Positions 9,645-16,611 are shown, counted from the stretch's first letter. The stretch: 64,000 nucleotides of DNA from an uncultured Gammaproteobacteria bacterium (GCA_964404855.1 CAYOLO010000001.1:94245-158244), one strand, 5' to 3'. Notes: generated from the letters alone by a model not told the origin. A program made the numbers and translations.

Positions 9645-10118
9645 TTACTTATTTTTTCTATTAACTGTGACTGTTGCGGGACGAATAACCTTGTTGTTAA
9701 GCGTGAAGCCGTTTTTTAGTACTTCGGCAATAGTGCCGTCGGGCTCCCCTGTTACTTCGGTAACCGCCTCGTGGAAGTGCGGATCAAACTCGGTTACACC
9801 AAGTTCGATACTTATTTCCTGCAAACCCTCGTCCTCAAAAACCTTGCGGAACTGAGCGAGCACCATATCAAGCCCTGGGTCTTTGAGATGGTTTTGGGCA
9901 GTTAGCAGGTTATCGAAAACTTCAAGAAATTTGTAGAGAATGACGGAGCCAGAAAATTCTAATATCTGCTCTTTTTCTCTTTCTACTCTTTTTTGAAGAT
10001 TCTGATAATCGGCTAAAGCACGATGATAAGATTCTTTGTAATCAAGATTGGCTTCGACCTCACTAAGGTTTTGATCTATTTCGGGGTCGATTTTGGTTTT
10101 TGGTTTTTTGGTTTTCAT
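9645..10118 (-). CDS. grpE: Nucleotide exchange factor GrpE
   Basis: 157 aa. RALADYQNLQKRVEREKE, FDPHFHEAV and VIRPATVTV are GrpE signatures. Confidence 0.9.
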   Translation of the reverse strand: MKTKKPKTKIDPEIDQNLSEVEANLDYKESYHRALADYQNLQKRVEREKEQILEFSGSVILYKFLEVFDNLLTAQNHLKDPGLDMVLAQFRKVFEDEGLQEISIELGVTEFDPHFHEAVTEVTGEPDGTIAEVLKNGFTLNNKVIRPATVTVNRKNK

Positions 10119-10165
10119 GGTTTTTGTTTGGTGTTTTGACTTAATAACTAATACTGGCTAACTAA

Positions 10166-10897
10166 TTACCAGTTGCGCGAAACCTCATTAAGAAGGGATC
10201 CGAAATAGCGCAAAGTTGGGATGACGGTTTGGTATGGCAAACGACATGGACCAACAACGCCAATATAGCCTTCGCGTCCGTTGCCTGAGGAATATTTGGT
10301 AAAAGCAAATCCACATGGGACGAACTCAGCTAGAGCTAACTCATCACCAAAAACAACATGGACAACTTCGTCGCCATAGGTTCTACCAAAGACGTCGTTT
10401 AGTAATTCGTATCTATCGATAAGTCCCAGAACTGCCTTGGTTAAATCGATGTCGTAGAACTCCGGTTTGTCTAAGATGTTGGACATACCTGCAGCGTAAA
10501 CATCACCCGTTGCACTGGTAGCTAGAGCAAGAGTGTTGGTCTGCTCAGCGAGTGCGCGGGTAGCTTGACGCATTAGTTTGTCGTACTCAAATCTTTGATC
10601 CCAAAGACTTTCTTTGATACTAACCTCGTCGCGAACGGAGAGGTTTTTTTCTTCCATTAACTGGTTAATGTACAACTTGATGGCTTGTGAGGTTGGAATA
10701 CGCCCAGCAGATGTATGAGGCTGAACGAGATAACCCACCTTGGTTAAAGTAGCCATTTCGTTTCGAATAGTTGCGGGCGAAACACCAAGCCCTGCAATTT
10801 TTTCGATTGATTCTGAACCAACTGGTTCAGCTGTATCGATGTAGCGCTCTACGATTGATCGTAGGAGTTTGCGCTGGCGGTCTGTAAGATCCGTCAT
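10166..10897 (-). CDS. hrcA: Heat-inducible transcription repressor HrcA (short form)
   Basis: 243 aa. N-terminal winged-helix region LTDRQRKLLRSIVERYIDTAEPVGSESI, typical of HrcA. It is the first gene of the hrcA-grpE-dnaK operon, with a CIRCE element upstream. Confidence 0.85.
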   Translation of the reverse strand: MTDLTDRQRKLLRSIVERYIDTAEPVGSESIEKIAGLGVSPATIRNEMATLTKVGYLVQPHTSAGRIPTSQAIKLYINQLMEEKNLSVRDEVSIKESLWDQRFEYDKLMRQATRALAEQTNTLALATSATGDVYAAGMSNILDKPEFYDIDLTKAVLGLIDRYELLNDVFGRTYGDEVVHVVFGDELALAEFVPCGFAFTKYSSGNGREGYIGVVGPCRLPYQTVIPTLRYFGSLLNEVSRNW

Positions 10898-10933
10898 AAA
10901 TTGTTAGTAACACAAGTTTCAGTCTGCGAAAAC

Positions 10934-10975
10934 TTGTATTAGCACTAATGTACTACAAGTGCTAAATTGTGTCAA
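10934..10975 (-). promoter_or_regulatory. Putative sigma-70 promoter of the hrcA operon (TTGACA-N17-TACATT) overlapping CIRCE
   Basis: The minus strand reads TTGACAcaatttagcacttgtagTACATT. CIRCE spans the spacer and the -10 element. Confidence 0.6.
10939..10965. promoter_or_regulatory. CIRCE operator (HrcA binding site) TTAGCACTA-N9-AAGTGCTAA
   Basis: ttagcactaatgtactacaagtgctaa is a 9-N9-9 inverted repeat matching the CIRCE consensus TTAGCACTC-N9-GAGTGCTAA. It lies 42 nt upstream of the hrcA start. Confidence 0.85.
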
Positions 10976-11102
10976 TACTTATGTATAAATAGGAAAAATT
11001 TAAGGTTTTTCTTCTAAAGAAACAATGGGTTAATTCTTTTATTAAAAGATAATTTTTTATATTTCCTTCTTCACTTTTTGCTGAGTGGTATAGCTAGGCT
11101 AG

Positions 11103-11265
11103 AAAATATTAATTTAATTACAATTTGCTTTTCAATTCGCTTGCTCGCACACTTGAATCCCCTGCGAGGATTCTGCATTTTCAGTTTTTGTTTACTGTTT
11201 TTACCTAATGGTAAAAAGCCATGCCAGTTAAACAAAAACAGATCTTCGCAAAGCAAATTGAGAGG
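11103..11265. repeat. Structured intergenic repeat element, copy D (diverged variant 1)
   Basis: aatttaattacaatttgcttttcaat...gaatcccctgcgaggattctgcattttcagtttttg...ctttttacctaatggtaaaaag...ccatgccagt...caaattgagagg. The hairpins are kept by compensatory substitutions relative to copies A, B and E. Confidence 0.7.
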
Positions 11266-11293
11266 ATAAGATAAAGGAAAAGATTAAGAAAAA

Positions 11294-11314
11294 GGCCCCG
11301 AGGTTAGTCGGGGC
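11294..11314 (-). terminator. Intrinsic terminator hairpin ggccccga-ggttag-tcggggc
   Basis: GC-rich stem followed by a T-tract on the minus strand (tttttcttaatct), at the 3' end of the GC-rich membrane-protein gene. Confidence 0.55.
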
Positions 11315-11582
11315 GGTCGTTGGTGAGGCTGCCACCTGTGAGAACCGTGTACGCGAAACCCAACAAGATGTGCAGAAGCGAAAAAATTAGCCACATGTAA
11401 GCAGTAGTAAACATGGATAGAATCCAGAATGTTTTCCACTGCCCATATGGTAGTTCGTCGTCGAATGTGTAGATTGCCCCTACCGTTAATCCGACAGCAA
11501 AAGTAGCTGCGGGAATAAGAATAAAGGCGAATCCGTGAAGGTATTTGCGCAGGCAAATGCCTATCAGAATCGGCGCAGACAT
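11304..11582 (-). CDS. Small multi-pass membrane protein (possibly the 3' part of a frameshifted gene)
   Basis: 92 aa with two to three hydrophobic helices in a GC-rich region. The upstream ORF 11564..11728 lies in the +1 frame and encodes another TM helix. Confidence 0.4.
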   Translation of the reverse strand: MSAPILIGICLRKYLHGFAFILIPAATFAVGLTVGAIYTFDDELPYGQWKTFWILSMFTTAYMWLIFSLLHILLGFAYTVLTGGSLTNDRPD

Positions 11583-11728
11583 GGGAGCGAGTGTCCAGAT
11601 GAGTCTGGTGTGAGGTAGTCTTGGTCTGTGTCGAAAGATTTGAGACCAAGATAGAATCCGGCTTCAGCAAAAACTGCAGCGATCAGCGTCAAATAAATGA
11701 CGAACTGGACTAGACATAATCGATTCAT
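11564..11728 (-). pseudogene. Possible 5' fragment of a frameshifted membrane-protein gene (MNRLCLVQFVIYLTLIAAVFAEAGFYLGL...)
   Basis: Overlaps the start of ORF 11304..11582 in a different frame. Joining the two would give a single 3-4 TM protein of about 146 aa. Confidence 0.3.
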
Positions 11729-11803
11729 CTCCGCCTCTTTTTTGTTTTGAAGGAACCTTAAGTGTGGAATTGTAGCTACTTGTGAGTAAATTGGCAAGAA
11801 AAT

Positions 11804-11825
11804 GCCCTCCGTTTGACGGGAGGGC
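11804..11825 (-). terminator. Hairpin gccctccg-tttg-acgggagggc downstream of gene 11859..12230
   Basis: GC stem with a one-base bulge, followed on the minus strand by attttcttgcc. Confidence 0.4.
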
Positions 11826-11858
11826 TTAATAGGATGAACTCTGGCGATGGTGCTTAGC

Positions 11859-12230
11859 TTAGTGCCAGTCAGGGACGATGATGTGGAAGAAGTACTTGCC
11901 TCTCGAGTCAGGATCGTCTACCTGCTCCTCGATTTCTTCCAGCTCCTCGTGGGTCACGAAGGCTTCGCGAGGACTGTCTTCGACCCAGACGCTGGCGGTG
12001 AAGTCGACCTTGCCTGGAACAATGACGTAGACCTTGATGTGAATCTTGTGATTGTCGAGTCCGCCGTAGTACGAGAAGTACCAGTGTGGAGAGTCGCTTG
12101 CGGGTTCGTACCGGATGAGATTGGCCTCGAAAGGCGCTCCAATCCGATGGGCGTCAGCGATCTGGGCGAGTGTCAAAGGGTTCGACACATAGTGGCCAGG
12201 CGCTAAGACGCGGGTTGCGACCGTGGACAA
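11859..12230 (-). CDS. Hypothetical protein (GC-rich island)
   Basis: 123-aa ORF at about 55-60% GC. A terminator hairpin lies downstream on the minus strand. The antisense plus-strand ORF was rejected. Confidence 0.5.
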   Translation of the reverse strand: MSTVATRVLAPGHYVSNPLTLAQIADAHRIGAPFEANLIRYEPASDSPHWYFSYYGGLDNHKIHIKVYVIVPGKVDFTASVWVEDSPREAFVTHEELEEIEEQVDDPDSRGKYFFHIIVPDWH

Positions 12231-12420
12231 GGAAACACCTTACCTTTGTAATGTTCTGACCCTGATTATATCTCTTTTGAGGCTAAATGTCAAATACTAC
12301 AGGATACTTTTGCTTGCAAAAGGATCATGCAGGACGTAGTGAGAATTTATGAAATAACGAGCTTTACCGAAGTTATGAATAAATACGAGCGAGTAACTAT
12401 AGGCACTGGAGGGCGTTGGG

Positions 12421-12576
12421 AAATATATTAATTTTAATTACAATTTTTTTTCAATCCACTTTCTTGGCACAACAAAAATTCCAGCGTGATTTTTGTTTTT
12501 CACTTTTTGCTCGCTCTTTTGTTTACACAAAAACCATGCCCACTTACAAAAAGAGATCCAAGAAAGTAAATTGAGG
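12421..12576. repeat. Structured intergenic repeat element, copy E (5' module plus variant 1), located inside the GC-rich island
   Basis: aaatatattaattttaattacaattttttttcaatccactttcttggcacaacaaaaattccagcgtgatttttgtttttcactttttgctcgctcttttgtttacacaaaaaccatgcccacttacaaaaagagatccaagaaagtaaattgagg. Confidence 0.85.
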
Positions 12577-12577
12577 A

Positions 12578-12620
12578 GATAGAAAAAAGACAAAAAAGGC
12601 CCTCCTTTTTAGGGGAGGGC
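12578..12620 (-). terminator. Intrinsic terminator gccctcc-tttttagg-ggagggc with a U-tract on the minus strand
   Basis: 7-bp GC stem. Its flank aaaaaagacaaaaaag gives a tttttt run for minus-strand transcripts ending after gene 12642..13157. Confidence 0.65.
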
Positions 12621-12641
12621 TTGGAGGGAGGAGAAATCGTT

Positions 12642-13157
12642 TCAAACGATTCTTCCATCGTGACGGTTGGCGAGCATCCTGCGGACTTTCTCATAAGTAG
12701 TAATAAGCTTGTCCTCTTCGACGCCGCCGTTGTGTCGAAGGTTTTGGCGACCAGAGCCGTAGCAGATAGGAAAAATTCCACCTGCCTTGTCGCCAAGGTA
12801 GTTGAGAACCGTGAGCAGTTCCTGGCCTGCAGCTTGGAAGCGCAGGAAGGGATCTTTCATCGCCTCGTAGTACGAGTCGAGTACTGCGACCATTGCCTGG
12901 TCTTCATCGTTTTCCGCTTCCTTCTGTTTAGCTTGCCAAGCATCGAACTCTTCGCGGACGAAGCGCTCTTTAAGTTCGCCGTGGAGCTTGTCCCACTCAG
13001 CCTTGATGGCATCGTGGCGAGGACGGAAATCGATCATGACCTGTTCGATTTTGAGGCCGTAATTCCCCCATGCTTTGACGGCGTCTTCGTAGCCATCGCG
13101 AGCCTCGAGGAATTCGACCAGGACTGAGCCTAGTCGCTCGTAAGGGTTCTGAACCAA
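12642..13157 (-). CDS. Hypothetical protein (GC-rich island)
   Basis: 171-aa ORF at about 55% GC. Supported by the downstream terminator and by co-orientation with its neighbours. Confidence 0.5.
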   Translation of the reverse strand: MVQNPYERLGSVLVEFLEARDGYEDAVKAWGNYGLKIEQVMIDFRPRHDAIKAEWDKLHGELKERFVREEFDAWQAKQKEAENDEDQAMVAVLDSYYEAMKDPFLRFQAAGQELLTVLNYLGDKAGGIFPICYGSGRQNLRHNGGVEEDKLITTYEKVRRMLANRHDGRIV

Positions 13158-13178
13158 GTTGCTGTTACTCCTTTTGAC

Positions 13179-13916
13179 TTACCACCACGTGATCCTAGCA
13201 AAGAGTGCTCTGCCAACGATTTTGCGCGGTGTTGCGGACAAGCCTCTGGTTTGCTGAGCCAGATGCCTGCGAAGGCTAATTGGCGCGTACTCGTTGACGA
13301 TCGAGTGGGTTTTGCCATCTCTTACGGCTCGGAGAAAGTCCCCGGCGGTGTGGCCGTCGAAGTACGTGACGGTTGAGCCGACATGCTCGAGGAAGTGCGC
13401 GTCTGAAGAGCCTATTTCAGGCAGATGCCAGCCTGAGCTGTTGAACTGTCTGACTAGCGGGTCACGAGCACGTCCTGCCGGTGTTGGATTACCAACTTCG
13501 ACTCCATCCAAATAGACCTGTGGATCGGGAGAGTTTTGAATTCTCCTGATTGTTTCGGAACTGAAACTGAGCGGAACTCTGGCCATTGGATGAGCCGGAA
13601 TCGCTAAGCCTCCGTGTTCGTGGATGAACTTGATTGTGTCTTCGGCCGAAGCGAGAAGTGGTGGTTGATCGGTGATGCCAAGAGCAATGAGATGTCCGTG
13701 ACGAGTAGTGATTTCTACACCACAGATGACCTCAAAGCGATAAGCACCCCGCTCTCTTAGTGAGACGGCTTGAATGCCGCCTCTGATGTCGTCGTGTTCA
13801 GTGACGGCAATCACATCCAGCTTGGTGTGCTCTTGAACGTATTCAAAAAGCTCGCCGAGGCTAAATGTTCCGTCGCTGGACTTGGTGTGAATATGCAGAT
13901 CGGCTAGACCCACCAA
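13179..13916 (-). CDS. PHP-domain metal-dependent phosphoesterase (TrpH/YciV-like)
   Basis: 245 aa. N-terminal DLHIHTKSSDG is the PHP motif-I His/Asp signature, and the conserved His residues continue (EHDD, HGH, AHP). Confidence 0.8.
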   Translation of the reverse strand: MVGLADLHIHTKSSDGTFSLGELFEYVQEHTKLDVIAVTEHDDIRGGIQAVSLRERGAYRFEVICGVEITTRHGHLIALGITDQPPLLASAEDTIKFIHEHGGLAIPAHPMARVPLSFSSETIRRIQNSPDPQVYLDGVEVGNPTPAGRARDPLVRQFNSSGWHLPEIGSSDAHFLEHVGSTVTYFDGHTAGDFLRAVRDGKTHSIVNEYAPISLRRHLAQQTRGLSATPRKIVGRALFARITWW

Positions 13917-14341
13917 TCCCCCCTTTTTAGCAGAAAGCGCTCGATTTTTTCTGAGGTGATGTCACTGTCAGAAAAGCCTAAACCTTTGACAATGAAAAGT
14001 CCCTGGGCGCTGGATAGCAGGGTGAGTTGTTGAGCTATGTCGAGTTGACATCTTTCTAGCTCAGCAAGGAATGCAGGAGTGGCGAGCTTTGCAAGCTCAA
14101 GTTCTGTCTTTGAGACGCCACAGTTGTGTCTAACACAAGTAGCGACTGCCCCAAGAATGCCAAGGTGATGTTCGGTATGAGTAAGGCCTTTCCGGCAGCG
14201 TTCCCAGTAGACAGCTTGGCCGAAAAGTGTTGCTTGTCGGTGGATGATGTTGAGGTCGACGGTCGGGGTGAGGAATGAGGGCACATTAGCCATTGCTTGT
14301 TTAGCAATTGCTTCGAACTGGGCAAGAATGTCGTCAGACAC
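13904..14341 (-). CDS. Hypothetical protein co-transcribed with the PHP phosphoesterase (13-nt overlap)
   Basis: 145-aa ORF at about 55% GC with a His-rich segment (LTHTEHHLG). Its stop overlaps the start of the PHP gene. Confidence 0.5.
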   Translation of the reverse strand: MSDDILAQFEAIAKQAMANVPSFLTPTVDLNIIHRQATLFGQAVYWERCRKGLTHTEHHLGILGAVATCVRHNCGVSKTELELAKLATPAFLAELERCQLDIAQQLTLLSSAQGLFIVKGLGFSDSDITSEKIERFLLKRGDWWV

Positions 14342-14417
14342 AAGTTCTCCTTTTAACTTAAAGTGCTAGGAGTTAACTAAGGTCAGGATTTTAGCTTATT
14401 GCAAAGCTGAAAACAAA

Positions 14418-16175
14418 TTATTTACGAAGAAGGGCGGTAAAGACTTCTTGAGAGATTTGAATATTACCGATGCTTTTGAGTCTTTTTTTACCTTTTTTCT
14501 GTTTGTCTAGAAGTTTATTTTTGCGTGTAACGTCTCCACCGTAGAGTTTGGCCGTGACGTCTTTTCTAAAAGCCGGTACTGTTTCTCTGGCGATTATTTT
14601 GCCTCCGACAATAGCCTGAATGGGTAGTGAGAACTGCTGACGCGGGAGGACTTCCTTGAGCTTGAGGGCTGTAGCACGACCGGAACTTTCGGCTCGAGAG
14701 CTGGGTACAATTTGGGCAAGAGCGTCTAGTGGGTCGTTATTTATGTAGATTTCTAGCTTGCTAACTATGACGGATTCGTAGCTAGTGACTTCAAAGTTAA
14801 GCGAGGCGTAACCTTGGGTGCGGCTTTTGAGTTCGTCATAAAAATCGGTAATTATTTCTGAAAGTGGAATTTTGTAGGTAGCTTTTATCTGATCAGCGAG
14901 GTTTTCCACAGCAAGCTGAACTCCCCTTTTGGTGTGGATAAGTTCGCCAATTGGACCAAGATACAGTGAAGGAGCAATTATTTCGACTGTGGCGATTGGC
15001 TCGAGGATTTCCATTGTGGAGGCTGGTAGTTGAGAGGTTTTGGATATTTCGGTGCCATCAAGAAGTTTGTAATTGACTGAGGGTGAGGTTGCAATAAGGT
15101 CGAGATTATATTCACGACTAAGCCTTTCGATGGTTATTTCTGAGTGAAGAAGTCCTAGAAAACCACAACGAAAGCCTTGTCCAAGCGAAGGTGAAGATTC
15201 GGCAGAGTATTCGAGTGCATAGTCATTGAGTTTGAGTTTACCCATTGCTTCTCTTAACGGTAAGAAGTCCGAAGGGTCGATTGGATAAAGTGAAAGATAG
15301 ACAACTGGAAAAGCAGGTTTGTACCCAGGAAGTGCCTCTGGAGATTGGTTTTTGTGGGTAATTGTGTCACCGACACGCGCGTTTTCGATGGTTTTGAGGG
15401 CTGTTACAAAAAAACCTACTTCACCTGAAGAGAGTGTGTCGACTTCTTTGACAAGAGGTGTGAGTTTGTAGATTGAAAGGATTTCTGTATCGGCATTGGT
15501 GGCTAGAAACTTGATTTTGTCGCCTTTTTTGAACTGACCATCGACGACTTTGACGGCTGTAACTACACCTTTGTAAAGATCGTAGAGAGAGTCGAAGACA
15601 AGTGCGCGATTAATATCGGCTTGAGTTGGGGTCGGAGGTGGAACTCTTTTGATTATTTCTTCGATAAGCTCGATGACATTTGTGCCTGTTTTTGCGGAAA
15701 CTTGCAGGATTTCTTTGTCCAAAAATCCTAAACCCTGAAGCTCTCTAATTGTTCTATCTACTTCGGCGCCTGGAGCGTCTATCTTGTTAACGACTGGAAT
15801 AATTGCGAGATTTTCGTCGAGGGCATGATTGAGGTTAGCAATGGTTTGAGCCTGAACACCTTTGGTGGCGTCGACAAGCAAGACTGCCCCTTCGCAGGCA
15901 GATAATGAACGGGAGACTTCGTAGCTAAAATCTACATGCCCTGGGGTGTCGATAAGATTAAGCAAATATTCGGTATTATTAAGCGTGTAATGAAGAGAAA
16001 TAGCTTTGAGTTTGATTGTGATTCCCCGCTCTTTTTCGAGATCCATTGAGTCGAGAAGCTGTTTGTTGTACACACTGGTATTGACCGCGTGAGTGATCTC
16101 AAGAATACGGTCGGCTAGAGTTGATTTGCCGTGGTCAATGTGGGCAATAATGGCAAAGTTGCGAATATTTAACAT
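14418..16175 (-). CDS. lepA: Elongation factor 4 (LepA)
   Basis: 585 aa. IRNFAIIAHIDHGKSTLADRIL G-domain motifs and the LepA C-terminal domain. Confidence 0.95.
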   Translation of the reverse strand: MLNIRNFAIIAHIDHGKSTLADRILEITHAVNTSVYNKQLLDSMDLEKERGITIKLKAISLHYTLNNTEYLLNLIDTPGHVDFSYEVSRSLSACEGAVLLVDATKGVQAQTIANLNHALDENLAIIPVVNKIDAPGAEVDRTIRELQGLGFLDKEILQVSAKTGTNVIELIEEIIKRVPPPTPTQADINRALVFDSLYDLYKGVVTAVKVVDGQFKKGDKIKFLATNADTEILSIYKLTPLVKEVDTLSSGEVGFFVTALKTIENARVGDTITHKNQSPEALPGYKPAFPVVYLSLYPIDPSDFLPLREAMGKLKLNDYALEYSAESSPSLGQGFRCGFLGLLHSEITIERLSREYNLDLIATSPSVNYKLLDGTEISKTSQLPASTMEILEPIATVEIIAPSLYLGPIGELIHTKRGVQLAVENLADQIKATYKIPLSEIITDFYDELKSRTQGYASLNFEVTSYESVIVSKLEIYINNDPLDALAQIVPSSRAESSGRATALKLKEVLPRQQFSLPIQAIVGGKIIARETVPAFRKDVTAKLYGGDVTRKNKLLDKQKKGKKRLKSIGNIQISQEVFTALLRK

Positions 16176-16245
16176 AAAAATTTAAGTTTAGTGGCGCTAT
16201 TCTAGCAGGAAATGAGGGTTTTGTGCGTAATTGGGAGATTTTTAT

Positions 16246-16518
16246 AAATATTTATTTTTAAATTACATTCTTTTTTCAATCTACTTTCTTGGCGCACTGT
16301 AGTTTTCTCTAACGAGAAACAAGGTTTTTAGACTTCCCTTTTGTTGAGAGATTTGGTTTTCTTCTACGAAGAAGCAAAGTTTTTTTAATCACACTTCTCA
16401 CTTCAGCTCTTTGGACTGGTGTCGTCGAGCACCTTGTTTTGCCGTCGCAAAACAAAAGGCGTTCAAAGTGTGATTAGGAATAAAGGAAAAGAAAGAGATC
16501 CACTAAAAGGTATTGAGG
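16246..16518. repeat. Structured intergenic repeat element, copy F (5' module, linker hairpins, variant 2 and a 3' gagatccactaaa..attgagg module)
   Basis: The longest copy. It combines the 5' module seen in A and E with the complete variant 2 module seen in C. Confidence 0.85.
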
Positions 16519-16611
16519 AATATGGGAAAGAAACGGTGGTTTTGATTTGGGGAAGGAGAAGGAAAAGAATCTATTACTTAGACGAAACTAAACTCGGAGG
16601 AGTACGGTACT

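Noticed and set aside
12500-12796. 98-aa minus-strand ORF spanning repeat copy E and the terminator
   Set aside because: It runs through a structured repeat and an intrinsic terminator and has low-complexity composition. It is not a plausible gene.
11847-13127. Plus-strand ORFs 11847-12206 and 12621-13127 in the GC-rich island
   Set aside because: High GC gives open frames on both strands. The minus-strand alternatives co-orient with their neighbours and are each followed by a minus-strand intrinsic terminator, so the minus strand was chosen.
4662-16518. Repeat copies A-F as a CRISPR array
   Set aside because: The copies are 120-270 bp, kilobases apart and separated by genes, with no short identical direct repeats and no cas genes. 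The Cas4-like genes here are solo.
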